This document shows positions 39,836 through 52,733 of a stretch of 64,000 nt of DNA, in pieces. A model generated the notes under the pieces. It saw only the letters and a list, made by a program, of their open reading frames with translations, ran no database searches and had not been told where the DNA came from. Position numbers and translations under genes: made by a program. The stretch spans positions 6,820,001 through 6,884,000 of the forward strand of contig CM035350.1 in the NCBI GenBank assembly GCA_020137815.1. Reading direction: 5' to 3'. Origin of the DNA: Hormiphora californensis. Its lineage: Eukaryota; Animalia; Ctenophora. Positions within the stretch are counted from its first letter, which is position 1. Every line of letters starts with the position of its first letter.

Positions 39836-40120
39836 TGAAGAGAGAAAAGAGAGAGAGAGAAGAGTAGAGAGAGAGAGAGATGGAGAGAGAGAGAGAGAGA
39901 GAGAAAAGAGAAGGAGAGAGGGAGAGAGAGAGAGAGAAAGAAGAGGAGACGAGAGAGAAAGAGAGAGAGAAGAAATAGAGAGAGAGAGAGAGAGAGAGAG
40001 CGGAGAGAGAGAGATGATGAGAGGAGAGACGGGAGAGGAGAGGAGATGAGAGAGACGAATGTTTTTGAGAGACAAGAGAGGACGAGCATTTAGAGAGGAG
40101 AGAGACGCAATCAGAGAGAG

Positions 40121-40169
<49 letters not shown>

Positions 40170-43100
40170 GGGGTGGAAGGATGTTTCCAAGTAATCTTCA
40201 AATCAATCCCCCTGCAAGCGGCAGATGATTAAAAAGTATAAAGCAGACAAATCAAGGGTTAGATTGTTCATGTTCCTTCTCGAGATTTTGTGCTTGAGAG
40301 AGAGAGAGAGAGTAAGTCAAGCAAAGAGTTTTATTATTCAAGCAAAGAGAGTGGTTGCAAGATCATCAAGTCATGTCAGCAAGAAGAAGAAGAGGTTCCA
40401 ACATCTTTTTACCACGGACTCCACCTTGGTTGAAGGAGTTACAGTTGCTACCGGGATGATTTCTACAATTTCAGAATCATCCGAATACACCTCTTCTTCT
40501 TCTTCTTCAGTAGTGGATGGTACAGGGGAGGCGGGTGTCAGGACGGTCTTCTGTTGGTGGACCTGGGTGTCAGTTACACACAAATCTATCATCATGACAG
40601 TGTGGAAATATAAATCAGATATAAATCAGAGTATTACAGATGATTAACAACATTGGATCGACTGATTGACTACTACTATAACTCGCTTCACCCAATTAAA
40701 GAGTGAGGTGGTATTTATTACATGCAAGACGTGACACTCACAGGAGGCGGTACATGAAACACAGGAGCTGCAGGGACTGGAGAAGGGTCTCGGGAATGTT
40801 CTGAAACGACCTCAGGACCTGATGACACTTCACCATCAACATCATCCTCTTCTTCTGTTTCCTCCTCTTCTTCCTCGGGAGCCGGGGGAGTTGTCCGGGG
40901 TGGAAGGGTGGGTGCCTCATTGGCATATATGTGATCCAAAGCAGGCTCCTCTTCGGGGTCTTCTTCGGCCGTCTTGCGGTGTTAAAGAAAGGGATGAGGG
41001 GTTTTATGAAGGAGCAAGATCACACCATGCAAATACCACTCTCAATCACACACTGAATCACACACACACACTGGTTCACACTGAATCACACTGGATTAGT
41101 TCACTCACGGCGTATCTTTCCCTTTTTACACTCACACGTCACTTTCCTCTCCCTCTCCCTCCACACACACGCTAACCCCATCTGTGTAGTTAAATAACGC
41201 TTACATATATTATGACAGAGGCTTGCTCGAGAGCTGCAATGTATTCATGATAGAGACGCTTGTGCTGACTCACTTCTGTCATTATATTATAATGCCCTTG
41301 CTTTATCTCATTTCTCTTACGAATATATATGTTTCTTTTTTGTTCAGACAGGCTGCGTAGAACAGCGTTCTCTAAGTTCCTGTCAGAATATTGCAATATA
41401 TATAGTGCCATGCCTGCTGCTCTAATTGTCTTACCGGTGGTACAAACTGGGGTTTCTGCTGGGGAGTGGAGGGGGGTGGAGATAGGGAGGTGGGTGGTGG
41501 TAGAGCCATGTTGTTGTAGACATGGTCATCTGCTGATGCCTGGCGAGAGAGGGAGGGGGAAGTTAGAATATGTTCCAGTTTACTACTACTATCTGATACA
41601 TCACTTGTATTGTTCATGTTTGTTGTTTGTCTGTACCGGTTTCTTGTACACAGATGGCAGGGAGGAGCCCCGTGGTCGGTAGTTCTCGTAAGATGAACCC
41701 ATGGACAATAGCTCGGTCACTGTTGTCAGAGTCTCCGAGTCTATATCGGGTCTGTCCAGGATCTCATGAGTTAGCGTAGGTATCGTCCTGGCTGGTTTAC
41801 ACCGTCCTGTGTGTTTGTATTTGTGTCATGTGTGTGTAGTAAAACCATTTCCCGCTACTATCTCCCCGATCTCTCCATACTTGCTCTATCTCTCTCTCAG
41901 CTAGGGACTCACCACTTTTAGTAGAGATGTAGGAGAAAGTTAGCAGTGTCCTGAATTGAAGCAAATCCCCCCTTTTTTGTGCAAAACTTAAATCAGAAAG
42001 ACTTTGATCTACATTTTGTCAGTGATACAGTACGTGATCGCATCGATCGACAAATAATGTAGTCACATGCCGGACAATAGGGGATGGGTGGGTGTTAGGG
42101 GGTGCTATTTGGGGGAAATTTTTTTTGCAACAGATATCCCAAAAGTTAAGACGGATTCTGGTAGAGTAGGCCCTAATTAGCAAGTGTACGAAAGGGGAAG
42201 GTCTAGATCTTTGTGATCTCTGTGTTCAGGGGGTTTTTGTAGATAAGAAAAAGTTTAGAACTTATCCCCTAAAAACGACTGTTCCCGATATCTTAGAGCT
42301 CTAAAACTTTGCAGATCGGCTTTATATGATAAAATATAAAGTTGGTAAAAATTTCAGACCTTTAGCTCAAAATTCATTTTCATGACCGGAATGAACTTTG
42401 TTCATTCTCTCAATCAGGAGTCCATTTGACTTCAGAATTTTATTAGAAATGTTTGGCAATCGATTATCTGCAAAATGCGACCAACGAGAGCCAAAACGGA
42501 CCACCACAAGACACGCGGTGATCTGATCTCCAAAGTCGGTCAGGACATTCATAATCCTTGCCAAATATGACCTAGTTTTGCACGGTTGCCGACATCGGAT
42601 AGGTCTAAAATTTAGCACAGTGGCTCTAAACAATGTGTAGATGAGATTAGCAAAGTTTCAGGCTTAAAGCTCAAAATTCATTTTTATGACTGGAATGAAC
42701 TTCGTTCATTCTCTCAATCAGGAGGTCATTTGACTCCAGAATTTCAATAAATGTGTTTGGCAATCAATAAACTGCCAAATGGGATCGGATCACATTGGAG
42801 AATCTGACCCAGCACCCGATGGATCAGATCACATTATAGAAATCTGGTCCACCAGCCCATGGATCAGATCACATTTTAGGAATCTGGTCCACCAAACCAT
42901 GGATCAGATCACATAACAGGGATCTTATTCACCAACCCATGGATCAGATCACATAACAGGTATCTTATCCAACACCCCATGGATCAGATCAAATTAAAGG
43001 GATCTGATCTACCACCCATGGATCAGATCACATTATAGATATCTGATCCACCACCCCATGGATCAGATTATATTATAGGGATCTGGTCCACCAACCCATG

Positions 43101-46100
43101 GATCAGATCACATTATAGATATCTGATCCACCATCCCATGGATCAGATCATATTATAGGGATTTGGTCCACCAACCCATAGATCAGATCACATAACAGGG
43201 ATCTTATCCATCACCCCATGGATCAGATCACATTTTAGGGATCTGGTCCGCCAACCCATGGATCAGATCACATTATAAGGATCTGGTCCACCACCCATGG
43301 ATCAGATCATATTTTAGGGATCTGGTCCGCCAACCCATGGATCAGATCACATTATAAGGATCTAGTCCGCCAACCCATGGATCAGATCACATTTTAGGGA
43401 TCTGGTCCGCCAACCCATGGATCAGATCACATTATAAGGATCTGGTCCACCACCCATGGATCAGATCACATTTTAGGGATCTTATCCACCAACCTATGGA
43501 TCAGATCACATAACAGGTATCTTATCCATCACCCCATGGATCAGATCAAATTAAAGAGAGCTGATCCACCACCCCATGGATCAGATCTCATTTTAGGGAT
43601 CTGATCTACAACCCATGGATCAGATCACATTATATATCTGATCCACCACCCCATGGATCAGATCATATTATAGGGATCTGGTCCACTAACTCATGTATTA
43701 GATTACATAACAGGGATCTTATCCATCACCCCATGGATCAGATCACATTTTAGGGATCGGGTCCACCAACCCATCTATAATGTGATCTGATCCATGGGTG
43801 GTAGATCAGATCCCTAAAATGAGATCTGATCCATGAGTTCGTGGATCATATCCCTATAATGTGATCTGATCCATGGGTGGTGGACTAGATCCTTATAATA
43901 TGATCTGATCCATGGGTTGGCGGACTAGATCCTTATAATGTGATCTGATCCATGGGTTGGCGGACCAGATCCCTAAAATGTGATCTGATCCATGGGTGGT
44001 GGACCAGATCCTTATAATGTGATCTGATCCATGGGTTGGCGGACCAGATCCCTAAAATGTGATCTGATCCATGGGGTGATGGATAAGATCCCTGTTATGT
44101 GATCTGATCCATGGGTTGGTGGACCAGATCCCTATAATATAATCTGATCCATGGGGTGGTGGATCAGATATCTATAATGTGATCTGATCCATGGGTGGTA
44201 GATCAGATCCCTTTAATTTGATCTGATCCATGGGGTGTTGGATAAGATACCTGTTATGTGATCTGATCCATGGGTTGGTGAATAAGATCCCTGTTATGTG
44301 ATCTGATCCATGGTTTGGTGGACCAGATTCCTAAAATGTGATCTGATCCATGGGCTGGTGGACCAGATTTCTATAATGTGATCTGATCCATCGGGTGCTG
44401 GGTCAGATTCTCCAATGTGATCCGATCCCATTTGGCAGTTTATTGATTGCCAAACACATTTATTGAAATTCTGGAGTCAAATGACCTCCTGATTGAGAGA
44501 ATGAACGAAGTTCATTCCAGTCATAAAAATGAATTTTGAGCTTTAAGCCTGAAACTTTGCTAATCTCATCTACACATTGTTTAGAGCCACTGTGCTAAAT
44601 TTTAGACCTATCCGATGTCGGCAACCGTGCAAAACTAGGTCATATTTGGCAAGGATTATGAATGTCCTGACCGACTTTGGAGATCAGATCACCGCGTGTC
44701 TTGTGGTGGTCCGTTTTGGCTCTCGTTGGTCGCATTTTGCAGATAATCGATTGCCAAACATTTCTAATAAAATTCTGAAGTCAAATGGACTCCTGATTGA
44801 GAGAATGAACAAAGTTCATTCCGGTCATGAAAATGAATTTTGAGCTAAAGGTCTGAAATTTTTACCAACTTTGTATTTTATCATATAAAGCTGATCTGCA
44901 AAGTTTTAGAGCTCTAAGATATCGGGAACAGTCGTTTTTAGGGGATAAGTTCTAAACTTTTTCTTATCTACAAAATCCCCCTGAACACAGAGATTACAAA
45001 GATCTAGACCTTCCCCTTTCGTACACTTGCTAATTAGGGCCTACTCTACCAGAATCTGTCTTAACTTATGGATTTCAGTGATGCAAATTTCAAATAGCAC
45101 CCCCTAGTGTTAGCCAGCACTATAACACAGTACACGTGCTCAAAGAGAGATTTGGGTGCCATTTGCATTGTGACAACAATGTAGCGCATCACTGCACCTT
45201 CTCCTTAGGAATATTTATTGGTGGAGTTTTGCATATATATAGTCAAACCCCGATTTACCGGACCCTCGATTGTCCTTTCCCCCGATGAGTCCGATAAATC
45301 GAGGCTTGATTTGGTAAATGGCTCGTATAACTGCAGAAGAAGGCCATCGCTCCATCTTTCACATATTGTACACATGAATTATTACACATGGCTCATCTAT
45401 AGGGGTTCTCCCAACGTTTCAATTTGTTACACACATGTGTTCTCATCTCGTATATACTGTAGAGTGATATATGGCTGTCTTCCACGGAATGAGTGTAGTC
45501 TCACTTCGTGTGTCTAGGCAGTCCCCCCTCTCTGTTATAAGCCCTCTCTGTTCACCAGTGCTCATCTAATTCTGTCTAATTAATCACCATGCTGTTCTCG
45601 GCTAATTAATGTTACACTGGCCCCAGCCCCATTTGTAATCTAGTAACTAACCGGTCGCTGAACAGGGTGATACTGTGGTTGTCACCATAAAGCTATCACC
45701 CTGTTGATTGAGCCTCTCATCACTGGGCACTGATCTGTAGGTATCGTAGAAGGAGTTGCGAACATACGGTTTAGTTCCCAGTAGGTTTATCTCTCCCTCT
45801 GATTTGGATTTACCAATACGCTGACTGGGTACTCTGAGGTGATGTCTGTTAGTTTGTTGTAGCAGTATTTATACTCCTTTTTAGGCCAGACAATCTACCG
45901 ATATATTATATTGATACTGTATATCTGTACACGGGCTACTTAGAATGTACAAGAATTTACTACGGAGAGTTGAGCGAGAAGATTAAAGTGTAGCTAGAGG
46001 ACACATGTTATGCAATAGTGTGGGGAGGAAGATCTTAACCCCCCCCCCCCCACTAAAAAGGGAGTGACAGTAGTGCTAAGAGGGTAGGAAGAGACTCTCT

Positions 46101-46600
46101 TTATATGCTTTACTACCCCACTATTGTAAAGACAGAAAGTGACACAAGAAGACAGTCACTGACGTAAAATCGATATTATATGCTGATCATTATACCTTCC
46201 TTTTTTGTCAAAGATTGATGCATCAGAGAGAGGGGGAGAGAGTGATAGCAGTCAGAGAAGATATTAAAAAGCATATTCCATTGATGCAACTGATTTGACT
46301 TCTTGTAAGCTCTTTCATGATTTTGCTTGATCAATTTCGAGACAGTGACTGGGTCTCTCGGCAGATTATTATACTGTTTTTGAGATTTAATCTGCCCGTC
46401 ACCGCCGTATACCCCGATTATATGAGCCAGACAGAGAATATAACTACCTACTTACCTTTGGAATTTGTTGGGTAGTTTACTAGCTCTACCAGGACATGAC
46501 AACCTACTCACCTTTGGAAGTTGTTGGGTAGTTTGCTATCAGCCAGGACATGGCAACTCTTGCTTCGTTCCAAGGCCTGTTTCTGTGTCCCCCGTACACT
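33990..46600 (-). CDS. Large multi-exon low-complexity (Pro/Ser/Glu-rich, charged coiled-coil) protein of unknown family; boundaries approximate
   Basis: Candidate spliced exons at ~45652-45846, 41637-41806, 41435-41548, 40740-40972, 40425-40562, 39252-39420, 38975-39117, 38742-38826, 38176-38231, 36200-37560 and 33990-34490, e.g. DHIYANEAPTLPPR, DHVYNNMALPPP, KREEVLRKKEEVDKKKEE. Several frameshifts fall in noisy sequence. Confidence 0.55.
37962..38175. repeat. AT-rich composite tandem repeat abutting a splice donor
   Basis: Units taatgttactaa / ttcaattaactcattaac are repeated and end at the reverse complement of GTGAGT. Confidence 0.8.
42096..45106. mobile_element. Non-autonomous fold-back DNA transposon (Academ-like), ~3.0 kb, ~680-bp TIRs plus mirror-image satellite
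   Basis: Ends TAGGGGGTGCTATTTG ... CAAATAGCACCCCCTA, flanked by GTGT on both sides. Near-identical inverted arms 42140-42780 and 44430-45066. No transposase ORF. Confidence 0.85.
42780..44430. repeat. ~39-40-bp palindromic satellite (CCATGGATCAGATCACATTATAGGGATCTGRTCCACCAAC)n in two opposed arrays switching at ~43774
   Basis: Each unit contains TGGATCAGATC...GATCTGATCCA, an 11-bp stem. The order of unit variants is mirrored between the arms. Confidence 0.95.
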
Positions 46601-47894
46601 ATGAAAGGGATGTCAAAGTGTTAACCTCATCAAAGCGTTAACCTCATCCCCCTGGTTCGTGTATATTTGAACCTCACCCAGCAATATTATTTTCATGCTT
46701 TACTATCATATTTGTGTCTCTCTCTTTTTATTTCTCTCTCTTTCTCTCTCTCTCCCTCCCTCTATCTTTCTTCCTCTCTTCCTAATATTGCACCCGAAAG
46801 AGAGCTCCTCTCTTCGCCTGCTTGTATGTGTTGTTGACAACCTACATAGCTGTACTGCATACCAGACCAGTACTTTACAAATGGGGACCTGACAAACCGA
46901 CTGACTGACAAACAGACAAAGCAACTGACAAACAGACAAAGCAACTGACAAGAAACCGACAAACAAAGTGAACAGCAATGACCGTGTAATGATATGTAAT
47001 GACAAACTAATGATAACCCTGACATATTATATGTGTGTTACTTGTGTAGTCGTGCCCACCTGGTGTGTGTGTACATGAGCTTGCATTTTGAAAGCAGACA
47101 ATATCTCTCTCTCTCTCTCTCCCCCTCTCATCAAATTACCTCCATATAACATTCATCCTCTGGACAGATCTCATCCACCTTCCCTCTAACTATCTCTTCC
47201 AGCTTCACCCCCTCTCTTTCTCTATCTCTCTCTTCCCGCCTTCATATGAAATGCCAGGTTTATTTTGTTCTTAGTATAATTTTGCTGTCAAAATGCCCCA
47301 CTGCTCATTCACTAGTCCTGAGTCTGATTCTCACCAGATGCCCCCTCGCCCCACCCCACCTACCTTGCACGATACTTGGATCCACTTCTGAAAAGTCCAA
47401 CGATAGGGGCAACGCGTTTTTCTGCCACATACAATCTGAGGAGGTCAGTGGTTGAATTGTTTGATGCGACTCAAGTCAGTAGAGGGTAAAATAAATGGAC
47501 CCGCTATATAGAATTCGGCACAAAAGAGCAGTCGTGAGGGATCCTTTTAGCATCCCAAATACAGTTATTCCCATGCTTTTAGCATGTTAACATCTTATCG
47601 CCAGAGTGGTGGATTGAGAATAAAGAAATTGGAGGGAAATAGAGAAATAGAGAGAAAAATATTGGGAAATATTGGAATGGAGAAATGCACTGAAGGCGTT
47701 CTCTCAATAATATATGCAGTTTATATTGAACCTTCAACTGCCAGCAAATAATATTACTAATTATGTGCTCTTCTTGTACACTGCTTTAACTCTTCTATAT
47801 TTTAATCTACTGTTTGCTCCAACTAGTATCTGTTCTAGTATATCAGATAAACATAAATATCTCCCAATAACACAGTTATCACATTTTGTGTCCA

Positions 47895-47973
47895 AAATTT
47901 GTGCCCTAAATTTGTGCCCTAAATTTGTGCCCTAAATTTGTGCCCTAAATTTGTGTCCTAAATTTGTGCCCTA
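47895..47973. repeat. 13-bp tandem repeat (AAATTTGTGCCCT) x ~6
   Basis: Direct observation. Confidence 0.9.
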
Positions 47974-48401
47974 ATTCTACCCACCGTACTTTTTTGTAAT
48001 CTACCTGAAGAATGTGTGGTGATCCACACAACTTTTCCACAAGTTTTTACACGCCGGAACTGAAGTTATACGGAATCCAATTGTGTCTTTGACAACGCTC
48101 TTTTCTGATGGTCGAAGCTGCAAAAAGTTTTATACCGGAAAAATTGTGGGCTTTGAGAAAAGCCCGATAAAAATTGGGGAATGGGGGGGGTTTGGAAGGG
48201 GGGGGGGGATAGAGTATATCTCTCTCTAGATCGCTAGATATCTCTAGGCTATCTAGACCTACCTCTCTCTCTCTTTGTTCCAACACAAAAGTTCCCGGGC
48301 CATTATGTTACAACCGCAAACTGGATTATAGTTAGACCTCTTTTGTGATACCAGTCATATAAAACATTTTCGTATATTTCTTGACATCCCGCCTCTTTCA
48401 G

Positions 48402-50829
48402 AAAAAAGAAAAGGCCCAGTCCTTGATCTGACAAGAGATTGAGCGATCTAGACTTGACAGAAGAATGATATTTCGGACTGTGCTGGAGAGACAAGAATAG
48501 TTTAAAGGTAATTGGGTATTAGTTAAAAATTGTGTCAATCTATCTGTGTGTTTTTAAATGACTGAGACTGTTCAAATCGACATAGCGTCAAAAGTTGTGA
48601 ATATTTTGCTCGGAAATTTTAGGACAAGGTAGATGGCTACCTGCCATTATTGTACTCGAATTTCAGTAAAATGGTGTTCCTGAATGAACCTGTAGCCCAA
48701 AAACCCCTCTAACTTTGAGCGCTCAGATCTCGCAACCTGATGAGTGGTAGAGAGCTCAAATTTCACAATATGTTGATTAGATAAGTTACTAACTTTTGGC
48801 GGCTTGGTTTGGCGATATATTTTTTAGTTCCTTGCACGGAACACGGCAAAGGGGTTTGTAAGTCGGCCTAATTGGAGATTTTTGAACCAGGTATCACGTA
48901 TCACGGTCGTACTGGGGGTAATCAGCCCCAAGCAATGTGTTACACCCCGGATTCTGTAATTGGTTCTGAGTGTGGGCAAAGTGTTGTGGGCTTCGTCAGT
49001 AGACTTGATATAGTGGTCTGAAAATACGTTGACAGGGTCACGTTCGGATAGGCTGTGGTGCTGAGTGTGGTAGAGCGTGGCGCGTCGTCATATGACAAGA
49101 GAGGAGGAGAAGGAGAAAGGAGATAGCGAGAGAAATAGAGGAGAAGGAAAGAGAGGTCAGAAGGAGAGTCACATCTTAATTCGTCATGACGAGGAGAGTT
49201 CAGATTAGAGGAGAGGCGAAATCGGTGACACTAGACGTGTTATCATGTCGAGATTTCCACACAATACCGTGACCTTGTAACAAGAAAGAGAGAGAGGACA
49301 GCAGAAATGTAAAGGAAGCAGAGAGGAATTAGAACAGTTTTGTCTGATTTCAGTGCGTGTGAACCGATTTCGGACACTATGAACATTGAACACGTCGTGA
49401 AGAAGGCGGGGGACACTTTACCACACTCAGCACCAATTACATAATCGGTGTTTGTAACACATGGCTGAGGGCTGATTACCCCAGTAAGACACGTGATACG
49501 TGATACCTGAGTGAAAAAAATGTCCCAATTAGGCCGACTTACACCACTTTCCCGTGTTCCTGCGAAGGAACTAAAAAAAGATATCGCCAAACCAAGCAGC
49601 CAAAAGTTTTTAAATTGTCTAATAAAACATTTTGTGAAAGTTTGAGCTCTCTATCTCATCGGGTTGCAGAGATCTGAGCGCTCAAAGTTAGAGGAGGTTT
49701 TCGGGCTACGGTTCATCGGAACGACGATTTGCTGAAATTCGAGTACAATAAATGGCAGGTAGCTATCTACCTTGTCCTAAAATTTCAGAGCAAAATATTC
49801 ACAACTTTTGACGCTATGTCGATTTGAACAGTCTCAGTCATTTAAAAACACACAGTAGTAGTTTAATTCCTGCTCAATTTCTTTCATTCCCTCTGAGTTA
49901 TTATTCCTTTTATGACCTTGGAATCGAGTGCTATCCTAGCCCCCTCATGATGTCCCTTATACCATATTTGGGTGTCTCCATATTTGGGTGTCTCCATATT
50001 TGGTCATAGCCATTTTGTGTTATTTTCAGAACTGGCTCGACCCGGAGAAAGCGATACGAAAGCAGTTAACAAGTAAGTTGATTATTGGTATTGGATCAGA
50101 ATGTGTGTATGCAGAGAGAGAGTATTGTCATGCAATCTGCCAATCAATCCCCCTCACTTTTCAAATTTTTCAACGGTCCCACGCCCCTCCCTGCTAGGTG
50201 AGGATACGACGCTAGATTTCAGGGTCCGATTCTACGCAGAGGATCCCTGTCAGCTTTCTGATGAATACTGCAGGTAATGACGATATGAATCCAATCACAA
50301 TGGATATTCATCATTATCATAGGATAGAGATGAGAATGATCCAGGATAGAGAGACAGAGTGAGAGAGAGAATGAGAGAGAGAGAGTGAGAGCAGTATCCC
50401 ACAACACGCACAGCACCTCAAGAAGCAAGAGAGAGGGAGGAGTGACCGTCAGTAACGCGCGGAGATCCTTGTGTTGTGGGGAAAGTGCGCGCCACGCATC
50501 ACGCGCACACCATTATCTACGTTGAGTAATCCTGGAAATGTGCCAACATTTTATCCACTTGGAGATCCGCGGGACTGGACTCTAGATATACACACACACA
50601 CACCACAACAGTGTCCATTACACCACACCCTCCTCCGTGTTTCAGATATCTATTTTGTCTACAAATAAAGCAAGATCTCTTGGCTGGGAGATTACCATGT
50701 AGTTTCTACACAGGGGCACTACTGGCAAGTTATGCTGTCCAGGCAGAAGCAGGGGATTATGATCCTGAGCTGGTGGACAGTGAAGGAATTCCACATTGTA
50801 TCAAAGAAATGGAGTTTGTGCCAGGCCAG
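48402..50829 (+). CDS. Band 4.1/EPB41-like FERM-domain protein, partial (4 clear exons; continues past the gap)
   Basis: Exons 48402-48507 (YFGLCWRDK; locally error-containing here but open in the inverted copy: [26 protein letters not shown]), 50030-50072 ([13 protein letters not shown]), 50198-50273 ([13 protein letters not shown]) and 50647-50829 ([41 protein letters not shown]). Splice phases are consistent. Confidence 0.85.
48544..49855. mobile_element. Non-autonomous long-TIR DNA transposon (~1.3 kb, ~440-bp imperfect TIRs), probable TA target, in a FERM intron
   Basis: CTGTGTGTTTTTAAATGACTGAGACTGTTCAAATCGAC... matches the reverse complement of the segment ending CACACAG|TA. The element is absent from the duplicate locus at ~57165. 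Confidence 0.85.
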
Positions 50830-50902
50830 GTATATATACCACACATGCACACACAGACAGACAGATATATATATATATCAGTGTTTTAATTATACCCCTC
50901 CT

Positions 50903-51915
50903 TCACCCAGTGTCTTCGCACAAATCACTCTCTGTTACATTGTCACACGTCATTCCCCCGGATGGCTTTTTAAATCTCTTCCAAAGTGTCATTTTCTCCA
51001 CCTTAGTGATCCTCTCTGACCGGGATTTACTGAGTTTAGGGTTCCCTGATTTCCCGTCCGACATTCGCTCTATCACGGAGTATGTTTTCTGTTTGAGGAA
51101 CCGGTTCTTGAGATCTTCCAGACCGTTAGTAGGGGATGTGTTGAGTGTGTGAACCGCCTGGGTCATGGCGTACTTTTGCCTGAAATAATTGGGTTGTTAT
51201 ACCTTTTGTTGTTACCTCAAGAGATGGATCACAAATTACATCCTTCTTGCACAGCAAACCAACACCACTAGATCAGCACAGCTTTAACAATATACACACA
51301 GCACAAACCTGAGGGGTATCTTGAGCTCATCGATATCATCTCTACTGAGAAGCCGGGCAATGTTTATACTACTAACATCCTCATCCAGAAGTTCAGACAG
51401 GGTCGATTCATGCAGCTCATTTTCCCGGCCCCACCTAACAGCAGCAATAGTTGAAAAAGTGCCATTGAAATATACTCAATCAGGATGCAAAATCATATCC
51501 AAGCACTCTTTGAAATTTTCAAAACAATCAAATCCAACCATTCAATTTACCTCAAACTCTACGATGTACTACAGTTCATACTTACTTAAGAAAAGAATTT
51601 TGATCGTCAAGAAGAAGATCCTCCGAATCTAATGGATCTGCAATCCAGAAACTTGTCTGGTCATGCCACTCTTCCTCGTTATTGATTCCTGTTAGGAGCG
51701 TGAATAAGAAGGAGAGATAGAGGAAGAGATGAAGACACATAAACATTGTTTATTGCTCATAAACAACATAAAACGTAGTTTATTGGTTTAAGCGGCTCGT
51801 TAAAAAGCAGTTTACCGTTTTTATCGCTAAGCATGGCCGTATACTGATGCCAAGTAAGGATATGATGTGTTGTTGAAACAGGGGCGGAAGGGGGCGGGGA
51901 TGGTGACTGTGTCAT
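50903..51915 (-). CDS. Small SAM-domain-like protein (~200 aa, 4 exons), nested antisense in a FERM-gene intron
   Basis: Phase-consistent exons 51816-51915, 51586-51688, 51309-51434 and 50903-51179. FLKWGRENELHESTLSELLDEDVSSINIARLLSRDDIDELKIPLRQKYAMTQAVHTL fits the SAM helical pattern. Confidence 0.65.
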
Positions 51916-52633
51916 ATCTACAACGGGATAGAAGGGGTCACTTGCATGGACCGATATAAAACGGAGAAAAAATATGACAAAACAGGTACAATATATTATT
52001 CATCGAAATCATGATAATGAACTGACAAAGACTTTCGGCATGCAGGAAAAAATATTTGGTTTATTAATGCACAGATTATAATAGGCTGACTAATGGCTAA
52101 CACACGTCACAAAGGATGGAGGCAGGCACAAAAACGGAGATATAAAGAAGAGAACGAGATATAAAAAGAAGAAATAATATTAAAGGAGGAGGAGGAGCGT
52201 ACCAAGTCTGACCAGTCACCGTGCATATAAGAGAATTTCTCTACCTTCGATCTTGGGATCGGATTACAAGCAATGTTGTTGAATTGCACATAGCGGGGAA
52301 GGGCGGCTCATGTCTCATGCAGTCTAGTAGTGGAGAATGAGAGAGGGAGAGAGTGGTCAAGAAGGTATTACATAGCTACAGAGAGAAATGTGCGGTGAAC
52401 GTCACGGAAATGATTCGACAAAACGGAGCGAGAGAAAAAGAGATCTGAGAGAGAAAAAGGCAAGATGAGAGATAAGTGGAGAGGGAGTTTAGCTATTGAG
52501 AGAGCGAGTACAAAGATAGAGAGAGATGGAGAGAGAGAGGAAGAGGGAGAATCTACGTGATTAAAAAGCCCAGTAAGCTCATTAGTCATTACTATTGTCT
52601 AGTTTGCAGTTTAGAGAGAAATTGAACCGAAAA

Positions 52634-52733
52634 NNNNNNNNNNNNNNNNNNNNNNNNNNNNNNNNNNNNNNNNNNNNNNNNNNNNNNNNNNNNNNNNNNN
52701 NNNNNNNNNNNNNNNNNNNNNNNNNNNNNNNNN
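52634..52733. other. Assembly gap (100 N)
   Basis: N run. Confidence 0.98.

Noticed and set aside
39398-40201. Long ER/RE- and LS-rich ORFs (also at 6049, 13256, 16367, 25398, 28803)
   Set aside because: These are translations of GA/CT microsatellites.
42780-44430. Palindromic repeats with variable loops resembling a CRISPR array
   Set aside because: The variable parts are only ~10 nt and are related to each other, and the array is mirrored inside a transposon.
42367-44843. Two identical 88-aa ORFs (42367-42633 minus, 44577-44843 plus)
   Set aside because: They are a by-product of the inverted arms, with a non-ATG start and no transposase or other recognisable motif.
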